This document shows positions 38,651 through 46,505 of a DNA stretch of 64,000 nt, piece after piece; positions within the stretch are counted from its first letter, which is position 1; each line of letters starts with the position of its first letter. Both the position numbers and the translations under genes were made by a program. The notes under the pieces are model-generated. The model saw only the letters and a program-made list of their open reading frames with translations, made no database searches and was not told the DNA's origin. Source of the stretch: a virus (taxonomy: Duplodnaviria; Caudoviricetes); the IMG/VR virus record IMGVR_UViG_2862481585_000002, positions 1-64,000 of that record. One strand, given 5' to 3'.

Positions 38651-39300
38651 TGGGCACTGTTTCCAACCCCAAGTTCGACTCGCGGATGACCGCGATTCCG
38701 CAACTGGGACTTCGTGGCCGAACTGCTGGCCAGGCCCCCGGCGGCGCCCCGCTCGGGGTGTACTGGCGAGGTTCCATCGTTCGCGACAACGATTCGAGCG
38801 CGGTCCACGCCCACCCCAAGTCCAGTACCGCGACTTACCGGGTCGACTTCCTCTTCAACCCCTCGACCATCACCGTCTCGCACGAGAGCGGGCCGATGCT
38901 GACGGCTGACCAGCGGTCCACCGACGGCCAGTACGTGAATGCCGGCGGCATCGGCCAGGTCACCTTCAGTCTCCTCTACGACCGAACGTACGAGATGATC
39001 TCAAACAGGTCGGGAAACGAAGCCACCAAGCGCGGCGTGCTGGCCGATATGGACGCCTTTTACAGGGTGACCGGGGTGTATGACGTATCCGCCAAGGGTG
39101 TGAACGCCAGGCAGTTCAACCCCATGCAGTCCTACAACTGCAATTTCTACTTCGGTGGAGTGGGTAGCAATTCTCTCGCCTACTACGGATACATATCGAC
39201 GTTGTCCGTCCAGTACACGCATTTCACGCGGGAAATGATCCCGCAGCGGTGCGCTGTCAACGTCACCGTTGAAATGACGCAGAAGGGGGCGGCGCAATGA
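38650..39300 (+). CDS. Tube initiator / baseplate protein
   Basis: FLFNPSTI, F.LLYDRTYE, YTHF...M.P.R. Confidence 0.7.
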   Translation: MGTVSNPKFDSRMTAIPQLGLRGRTAGQAPGGAPLGVYWRGSIVRDNDSSAVHAHPKSSTATYRVDFLFNPSTITVSHESGPMLTADQRSTDGQYVNAGGIGQVTFSLLYDRTYEMISNRSGNEATKRGVLADMDAFYRVTGVYDVSAKGVNARQFNPMQSYNCNFYFGGVGSNSLAYYGYISTLSVQYTHFTREMIPQRCAVNVTVEMTQKGAAQ

Positions 39301-39575
39301 TTTCGGCGAACTCTCGCTTCGTCGGCGCCGGAACGGCCATCGTTACCGCTAGTGACGGCAAGTCCCGTAAGGTGATCCTCCCGAAGGGGGCAGAGATGTT
39401 CTCGGCCTCGGTGCGGATTTACACGTGGGTCGAAGGTGACCGGGTGGACTTGGTCGCTTACAGAAATTACGGCGACGCTTCACAGTGGTGGCGCATCGCG
39501 GACGTCAACCCCAGCGTTATGGACTGGACGGAAATACCGGCCGGCACGAGGATAAGGATCCCGATTGTCCAGTAA
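39297..39575 (+). CDS. LysM/TailX-like baseplate protein
   Basis: GDRVDLVAYRNYGD..QWWRIAD.NP...G..IRIP. Confidence 0.85.
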   Translation: MISANSRFVGAGTAIVTASDGKSRKVILPKGAEMFSASVRIYTWVEGDRVDLVAYRNYGDASQWWRIADVNPSVMDWTEIPAGTRIRIPIVQ

Positions 39576-40737
39576 GCAGCCGATACTCTCCCTGGAGATG
39601 CCGGCCCTCACAGGGCGGAAATGGGTGACGGACACCGTCATCACCCAGGGCGAATCGCTGCACGAGGTCGCCGAGATAACCGTCATCCACGAGGTGACGC
39701 GCGGGACGGCGAGTGGTTCGGGCTGGAATCTGATTTTTGCCGGGGTGCTATCCGAAGGGCAGCCCCTCGCGCTGCGATACGGGACCGCTGCCCGTTCCAA
39801 GATCTGGCACGGATACATCACCGCAGTGTCGGTGCTCGGCGACGAGATACCGCAAACCTCCCTCAGGGCCGTCCAAGTTCCCGTCGTGTACACCTGCGTT
39901 GGCCCGACCCACCCCATGCAGTCACAGGCCAACCGGCTCTGGTCCTCGACCACCGCCTCGTTCGTCGCCCGGAAACTCGCCCGCGGATCTGGACTGCGCC
40001 CCCAGGTACAGCGCAGCACCCGCCTGTTCGGCACCATCCCGCAGCAGGCCAAGAGCGACTTCGCCTTCCTGCGGGACCTGGCCGACGAAGTCGGGTACCG
40101 GCTGACCCCTCACGGCACCACCCTCGCCTTCACGCACCCCCTGGTGTCGCTGCGCGAAGCCGACGAGGAGCGTCCCACGTTCCACTACGCGAAGGACGCC
40201 ACGGACACCGTGAAGACGTGGGAGTCCACCACCGGACAACTTGACCCTCTCGGTGGCCGACACACCCGCCGAGAGGGCTACTCCTTCAACATCAACACGG
40301 GTGCACTGGTCCGACATGTGGCTGCCGGCACCCAGGATTCACCCATCACCCAGTACAGCACCGGGCGCCCCTTCACCTCGCAGGCCGAGGCGGTGGAGAT
40401 CCTCAACGCCGAGGCGCGACGCGATGTCCTGTGGGTCCACGCGAAGGCGACGGTCATCGGGGACGCTCGTGTGCGCACCGGCACGGATCTGGAGATGACG
40501 GGCGGGGCTCTCGGCCCCCACGATCCGGGCCCGTGGATGGTCCGCTCAGCGACCCACCGGATTTCCGTAGTCCCTGACCAGCCGGCCGCTGGCCGCTACT
40601 GGCTCGACGTAACCCTCGGACGGAACCGCATCGGGGGCCTGGACCTGGTCGCCAAGGACGAGGTGGTCGACAGCGTCCAGGACGGGACAGCACTGATCGA
40701 TGGGCGCTGGCGCGCTCAGCACATAGGGAGGGCATGA
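39565..40737 (+). CDS. Baseplate hub (gp27 / late control D-like)
   Basis: Q...SDFAFLRDLA, A.VIGD..V..G and W.V.SATH motifs. Confidence 0.8.
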   Translation: MSSKQPILSLEMPALTGRKWVTDTVITQGESLHEVAEITVIHEVTRGTASGSGWNLIFAGVLSEGQPLALRYGTAARSKIWHGYITAVSVLGDEIPQTSLRAVQVPVVYTCVGPTHPMQSQANRLWSSTTASFVARKLARGSGLRPQVQRSTRLFGTIPQQAKSDFAFLRDLADEVGYRLTPHGTTLAFTHPLVSLREADEERPTFHYAKDATDTVKTWESTTGQLDPLGGRHTRREGYSFNINTGALVRHVAAGTQDSPITQYSTGRPFTSQAEAVEILNAEARRDVLWVHAKATVIGDARVRTGTDLEMTGGALGPHDPGPWMVRSATHRISVVPDQPAAGRYWLDVTLGRNRIGGLDLVAKDEVVDSVQDGTALIDGRWRAQHIGRA

Positions 40738-42902
40738 CCGTGGCGCTGACCGCCGCCGGCAGTGACGTCTACGCCGCTGTCGTCACGCACGCCGTCGACC
40801 CCGAGGGCCGCGGGCGGGTACGGCTGCGCATCCCGCAAGTGTCCGGAGACGCGATCACCGACTGGGCCTACCCCTCTGGGGCGGTCGGTCACAAGGTCGT
40901 CGTGGGGGAGCGGGTCTGGGCCGCCTTCGACGGTAGCGGCAGCCGGCTGGTGTACTGGATTGCCACCAGCGGGGGCGACCAGTCCGAGTTCGACATCATC
41001 GAGCCGTTGCAGACCTGGCAGACCGCCGGACCAGACCTCACTCAGCCCGCCAACGTGTGGAACCAGTTCCCCGAGAGCGCATGGTCGACGATCACCTTCA
41101 CCGCCCCCAACAGCGGCAAGGCGTTCATCACCATCTCCGGCAGGATCTACAACAACACCGGCGCCACATCGAGCGCGCCAGGCACGGCAGCGTGCCTGCT
41201 GGGCTGGGAAGTCTACGACTCCGTCCTGGGAACATCCGACGGTGTCTCGTCGAACATCAAGGCCCTATCCGCGGCCGGAGGCCAGCTCAACAGCCAGGGC
41301 GACGCCGGCGGATCCCGGCTGTCCAGCTCGCGGCGCACCCTCGTCGAGGGCCTCATCCCTGGCCGGACCTACAACGCGCGCCCTGTGTGGTTCGTGACGA
41401 GCCCCATCGACGCATCCAAGATCTACATGCAGGACGGGCAGCTCCTCGTCGAACCCGTCGCCCATACGGCGTATCCGCCCGCCTGCTCCTACCAGAACAT
41501 CGTGCCGCAGTACGTCGCCAACGACACGTGGACAGACTATGACCCAGCGGTGTGGGCCCCGATCACCTTCACGGTGCCGCCGAGCGGGAAGGCGTACATA
41601 TCCGTCAGCGGCATGTGCACAAACTCCCAATTCGAGACGGCGTCCGTCGCCTGGATGGGCTACCGCCTGACCGGTGCGTACACCACCGACTCCAACACTC
41701 AAGGCGAGTCCCTGGCGCTGTCCTCAAGCGGTGAGTTCCACCGCGTCTTCGCCACGCGACGCGTCCTCTTCGAAGACCTGCCGCCAGGCCAGCGGGTGAC
41801 CGTCATTCCGCAGTGGCGAGTGAGTGCAACCGAGGTCACCAACGCCGGATTGCGCGCCGGCCAGCTCATCGTCGAGCCGGTCGGGGAGACGAGCGCACCA
41901 TACGCCCCAACGAGCACCAAGCAGATCGCCGATCCGCCGTTCGACGTGGTGGCCGTGACCACCGCCTTCACCGAGGCGGCCTGGCCATCGCTCACCTTCA
42001 CCGCCGGAGCATCGGGGAAGGCATTCGTCACGGTCTCAGCCGCGGTGTCAAACAACAACAGCCAGGCAGCAGCCTCCACGTGCTCCTGGACGCTCGTCGG
42101 GCCCAGCGACGACATCCCCACGGCCCGGAAGGAAGTCAGCGGTGCCGGCACGAACCGTCGCGTCCATGCCTGCCGCCGTGTGCTCCTGGACGACCTCAAG
42201 CCCGGAGCCCTGTACACGCTGGTGCCGAACTGGCGAGTCTCCAGCGTCACCCAGACCGGCGGAGCCTTCAACGCCAAGATCCGGGGCGGACAGCTCTCCG
42301 TAGAACCAGTGCCCCCGGCCACGCAGCCGGCGACCAGGCCCACTGCTAGCCAGCTCATCGTGCCACAGGCCCAGAACGACGCCTGGCGCGCAGCCATCCC
42401 GCCGGAAGACGGAACGCTCATCCTCAAGCGCAAGGGGCAGGCCGGCTACCTCGAAGTCGCCACTGGTGGCACATGGGTGCCAGTCAACGAAAAGCACTAC
42501 GCCCACTGCGACGTGAACAACCTCGGAGCACTGACCGGCGGCGCGTACAAGGCCGTCCCCTTCACGAGCTGCGCCGTGCAGACCGACGACAGCATGTGGC
42601 TGACCACCATCCCCAACAGAATCACGATCAAGACAGCGGGTCTGTACCGAATAACGGCCAACTGCACATGGCCCGGCAGCCAGACCGATGCCCGTGCGGC
42701 GATCGGGGTGAACAGCCTCACCTCGCCCAAGTACCAGCTCGACCTCGTCTCGCAGGCCAACGGCGCAGTCGGTAGCAGCGGATCACGCATCACCTACCTC
42801 GACGCCAACGACTACGTGGCCTTCCTGCTGTACTCCACCGCCACCACCGGGTCCTTCAGCACCACGGCCTGCGCTCTGAGCGTCGAGTGGATCGGCCCGT
42901 GA
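40734..42902 (+). CDS. Baseplate spike (gp5/gpV OB-fold) with three internal repeats
   Basis: DPEGRGRVRL.IPQV...WA...GERVW..F; three W..(I/L)TFT...SGKA(F/Y) repeats. Confidence 0.8.
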   Translation: MTVALTAAGSDVYAAVVTHAVDPEGRGRVRLRIPQVSGDAITDWAYPSGAVGHKVVVGERVWAAFDGSGSRLVYWIATSGGDQSEFDIIEPLQTWQTAGPDLTQPANVWNQFPESAWSTITFTAPNSGKAFITISGRIYNNTGATSSAPGTAACLLGWEVYDSVLGTSDGVSSNIKALSAAGGQLNSQGDAGGSRLSSSRRTLVEGLIPGRTYNARPVWFVTSPIDASKIYMQDGQLLVEPVAHTAYPPACSYQNIVPQYVANDTWTDYDPAVWAPITFTVPPSGKAYISVSGMCTNSQFETASVAWMGYRLTGAYTTDSNTQGESLALSSSGEFHRVFATRRVLFEDLPPGQRVTVIPQWRVSATEVTNAGLRAGQLIVEPVGETSAPYAPTSTKQIADPPFDVVAVTTAFTEAAWPSLTFTAGASGKAFVTVSAAVSNNNSQAAASTCSWTLVGPSDDIPTARKEVSGAGTNRRVHACRRVLLDDLKPGALYTLVPNWRVSSVTQTGGAFNAKIRGGQLSVEPVPPATQPATRPTASQLIVPQAQNDAWRAAIPPEDGTLILKRKGQAGYLEVATGGTWVPVNEKHYAHCDVNNLGALTGGAYKAVPFTSCAVQTDDSMWLTTIPNRITIKTAGLYRITANCTWPGSQTDARAAIGVNSLTSPKYQLDLVSQANGAVGSSGSRITYLDANDYVAFLLYSTATTGSFSTTACALSVEWIGP

Positions 42903-42926
42903 CGCACGTAACCACTGGAGTACCGA

Positions 42927-44048
42927 ATGGCTGACACCTATCGAAGCTACGCGGAACTGGCCGCAGCAAAGACCCGCGGCGTCGACTACCTCATCTCCTC
43001 ACGCGCCGTGGCCGACGCAAGAGGCTCGCACATCGCCATACACGGCGGCGGCATAGAGCCCCCCACCACGCAACTGGCGGACTACTGCGCAGCGACGAGC
43101 GGGTCCTCCTACTACTCGTTCCAAGGCGTGATGAGCAGCGGAAACAGCGCACTGCACATCACCGCAACCCGGTTCGATGAACCGACCGTCTTCCAGATTC
43201 AGCGGGGAGTCGAGTGGACGGTCTCCTGGCACGGGGCCAGCGGCAGCGATCAGCTCACCTACATTGGCGGGCTGGACACTGAGCTGGGGGAGGAAATCCG
43301 GAACCGACTGACTGCGGCTGGATTTCTCGTAGCGCCATCAGTTCCCACCGAGATTGATGGCGACGACCCCCTCAACATCACCAACCGGAACAGGACCGGC
43401 CGAGGCGTCCAACTGGAGCTAAGTAGGGGGCTGCGCGAGTCGTTCTATGCCGGCGGCGACCTGACGCTGGCCTCCATAGCCATCGCAGAAAACCGAACCG
43501 ACGCCTTCTACACGTACGCGACAGCGGTCATCAACGCTGTAGCAGCTACGTGGCCGGAGTCGCGACCGCCGACGCCAACAAGCATCCAGCCCGTGGCCGG
43601 CCCGGAAACCGCCGCCAGCACAGCCGGCTATCCGGGGACGGGAAGCGTACAGATGCGCATGCCGTTCCAACTCGACGCCATGGGCAGGGTGGCCGTCCTC
43701 ACCGACAGCGACCACATGATGGTGCAGCGAGCGCGCGCTGTCGTGGCCACCGTGCCCGGCGAGTACGTCGGTGAGCCAGCCTTCGGCTCAGACATCTCCT
43801 CCGCACTGTTCCGGCCAAGCGACCCCATCGCCCCGATGATCATCACCGATGCTGTGCGGACGGCCATGACACGTTGGGAGCCCGACACCGTCGTCACCGC
43901 TATCACTCCCGTCGTCCACGACGACCAGGAAGGCATCGTGGACGTCGAGGTGGACGTCGCTCAGGCCAACACGCCCGCAGTGGAAGCCGACCACATCGAG
44001 ACCGTGAGCGTCCTTCCCGGCGGTCGGGTGGTCGGCGGCTCCCTCTAA
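42927..44048 (+). CDS. Poly-gamma-glutamate hydrolase-family domain fused to a gp25/GPW baseplate wedge domain
   Basis: N-terminal HGGGIEP.T, LHITATRFDEP, SWHG, NI.N, GVQLELS; C-terminal MPF.L, T.PGE....P.FGS, RWEP. Confidence 0.85.
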   Translation: MADTYRSYAELAAAKTRGVDYLISSRAVADARGSHIAIHGGGIEPPTTQLADYCAATSGSSYYSFQGVMSSGNSALHITATRFDEPTVFQIQRGVEWTVSWHGASGSDQLTYIGGLDTELGEEIRNRLTAAGFLVAPSVPTEIDGDDPLNITNRNRTGRGVQLELSRGLRESFYAGGDLTLASIAIAENRTDAFYTYATAVINAVAATWPESRPPTPTSIQPVAGPETAASTAGYPGTGSVQMRMPFQLDAMGRVAVLTDSDHMMVQRARAVVATVPGEYVGEPAFGSDISSALFRPSDPIAPMIITDAVRTAMTRWEPDTVVTAITPVVHDDQEGIVDVEVDVAQANTPAVEADHIETVSVLPGGRVVGGSL

Positions 44049-44078
44049 CGCTTCAACCTCCGAGCCTCATAAACTGAT
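44046..44078 (+). promoter_or_regulatory. Putative late promoter, TAAC-N25-TGAT family
   Basis: TAAC at 44046, TGAT at 44075. Confidence 0.45.
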
Positions 44079-44134
44079 CTCCATACGGTGCACGAATTGG
44101 GAACCCCCCTGTCCCATTTCAGGAGTAACGCACC

Positions 44135-45640
44135 GTGGCGGATCTGACTTCGAGTTCACCGGCTATCGACTACACCTCGAAAGACTTCGAGGGGTTCCGG
44201 CAAGCGATGCTCGCGCATGCCGCCCGCGTATACCCGGAGTGGTCCGGACGGAATACGGCGGACTTCGGTGTCCTGCTGGTGAACCTGTTTGCGTACATGG
44301 GCGACATCCTCAGCTACTACCAGGACGCCGCCGCACGAGAGGCATTCCTGGAGACCGCCACGCTCCGGTCGAGCGTCCTCGCCCACGCAGCCACGCTCGG
44401 CTACAGCCCAGCGTCGGCGGCCCCGTCCACCGGAACCGTCACCTTTCTCACCGAAACCAGTCAGCCCACCGACGTGATCCTGCCGGCCGGGACCCAGGTC
44501 ACTACCGCCTTCATCCCGGCGATCGACGCGCCCCTCACCTTCGAACTGGATGAGGATGTCACGGTGCCGGCGCGAGGCGGCAGCATCACCGCACGCGTAA
44601 CCGAGGGGGCCACGGCCGGAACACAGCCACTGACCCTGAACACCGGGACAGGAACCGAGACCATCGTCCTGGTCGACAGCCTCGGCACCTCCAGCGGCAC
44701 CGAGAACCAGTCCTTCACCCTGCCGTCCTCTCCGGCCCTGGTGGACAGCGTCCGAGTCTTCGTGGGCGCCGACGCCCCAGTGGAGTGGCATGCAACGAGC
44801 GACATGCTCACCGCAGCTCCCACCGATCAGGTCTTCAAGCTCACCGTGTCCGACAGCGGCACCGTCACCATCACCTTCGGCGACGGCACCCTCGGAGCCA
44901 TACCCAACCTGGACCTGCCCATCTACGCCTCCTATCGCGTCGGCGGAGGCGAGCGCGGGAACATCGACGCCAACCAGGTGATCGACATCTCCCAAGGAGT
45001 AGCCGGCGTGTTCATCGCCAGCTCCTCCGCCATGACCGGTGGCCGGGAAATCGAGAGCACCGAATCCATCCGTGCCAACGCACCCAAGGCCTACCGCACC
45101 CAGGACCGCGCGGTGACCCTGCGGGACTTCGAGGACCTGGCGCTCGCGGTACCGGGCAACGCCAAGGCCAAGGCCACCGGCAACCACCACTCGTCCATCA
45201 CCATCAGCATCATCGGTGCCGACAACGCAACCCCGTCCGACGACCAGATCACTGCCACCGTTCGCTACATCCAGGACCGCACCCTGACGGGCGTCTACGT
45301 CCACGTCGCTCCCGGCACCCTTGTCGGCGTCAACCTCGGCAGCTCAGCATCCCCGGTCGTGCTCGGCATCTACCCGAACTTCCGGGCGTCAGAAGTCGTC
45401 CTGGCCGCTCAGAAGGCGATCCAGGACCTCCTCTCCAGCCAGCGCAGCAGCTTCGGTCAGCGCATCCCAGCCTCCCGCATCTACGCGCTCTTCGACGCCA
45501 TCCCTGGCGTGGAGTACGTGAACATTCCGCTCCTTGCCCGCGCCGACGGGCCACAGAACGGCACCCAGGACATCATCTGCCGCGACTGGGAGATCCCTGT
45601 GGCCGGCCAGATCTTCATCACCGCTGACGGCGGCCAGTAA
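44135..45640 (+). CDS. Baseplate wedge protein (J / gp6-like)
   Basis: IDYTSKDF, AYMGDILSYYQD, FGDG..G.IP, RAVTLRDFE. Confidence 0.92.
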   Translation: MADLTSSSPAIDYTSKDFEGFRQAMLAHAARVYPEWSGRNTADFGVLLVNLFAYMGDILSYYQDAAAREAFLETATLRSSVLAHAATLGYSPASAAPSTGTVTFLTETSQPTDVILPAGTQVTTAFIPAIDAPLTFELDEDVTVPARGGSITARVTEGATAGTQPLTLNTGTGTETIVLVDSLGTSSGTENQSFTLPSSPALVDSVRVFVGADAPVEWHATSDMLTAAPTDQVFKLTVSDSGTVTITFGDGTLGAIPNLDLPIYASYRVGGGERGNIDANQVIDISQGVAGVFIASSSAMTGGREIESTESIRANAPKAYRTQDRAVTLRDFEDLALAVPGNAKAKATGNHHSSITISIIGADNATPSDDQITATVRYIQDRTLTGVYVHVAPGTLVGVNLGSSASPVVLGIYPNFRASEVVLAAQKAIQDLLSSQRSSFGQRIPASRIYALFDAIPGVEYVNIPLLARADGPQNGTQDIICRDWEIPVAGQIFITADGGQ

Positions 45641-45649
45641 GGACACCAG

Positions 45650-46477
45650 ATGACCAAGGTCTACCCCAACGCAATCCGCAACTTCCCGACACACAAGGAT
45701 GGCCGGGACTTCGTCCTCGCTGCGGATGTGAACGAGATCCAGGACGAACTGACGGGTGTGGAGACGGTGCTCGGCACCAAGCCTCAGGTCTACACGAATG
45801 CGGCAGGCAAGAAGTCCGAGTACAAGGACGTCGTCACCCGGCTCGACGCCATGCAGCGCTACGACGACCAGGTCGCCGAGACAGTCAACGCCCTGGTCGA
45901 CGCCAGCCAGACCGGCTGGAACCTTCCCGTCGGCACGGTCCGATCCACCGGCAGCACCATCCGGCCGACCGTTCACAACCTGAGCATCCAGGAGTCCGAC
46001 TGGCAGCCGGTCCTCTGGAACCGCCGGATCACCGACATGCCTCACCCCGTCCGGATGTTCCCGTGGGCCACCAGCCCCACCATCACCTGCCCCAAGACAG
46101 GTTGGTGGATCATCACCATGCGGGTGATCTCCTCCATCCCCTCGGGCCCCACCAGCCTGGACCACATGTGCTTCGCCCGCATGTACCTGTCCGACCACGA
46201 CACCGACGTGGCCACAGGTGCCTCCACCAACCCCCGCGGCACGCGCGGCTGGCACCGCGCTGACCTCACGTACGCCGGCGAGTGGTTCATGGGGGAGCGG
46301 CTCCAGCTCCAGATCCGCCACATGGACTCCATGAAGGTGAACAACCGCGCGAAGCACCCCAACCCCGTCGGCAACATCACCTCCTACGCCTGGTGCGGAC
46401 TGACCTACATCCGAGCCCTCCCCAACGCGTTCACCAGCCGACCGATCGAGGACGTCGACCCGGCGCTGCCGGCCTGA
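45650..46477 (+). CDS. Hypothetical tail/baseplate protein
   Basis: V.A.DVN.IQDE..(G)VE..LG N-terminus seen in tail fibre adaptors. Confidence 0.7.
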   Translation: MTKVYPNAIRNFPTHKDGRDFVLAADVNEIQDELTGVETVLGTKPQVYTNAAGKKSEYKDVVTRLDAMQRYDDQVAETVNALVDASQTGWNLPVGTVRSTGSTIRPTVHNLSIQESDWQPVLWNRRITDMPHPVRMFPWATSPTITCPKTGWWIITMRVISSIPSGPTSLDHMCFARMYLSDHDTDVATGASTNPRGTRGWHRADLTYAGEWFMGERLQLQIRHMDSMKVNNRAKHPNPVGNITSYAWCGLTYIRALPNAFTSRPIEDVDPALPA

Positions 46478-46505
46478 GCACGGCCCATCCCCAGGAGACC
46501 CACCT

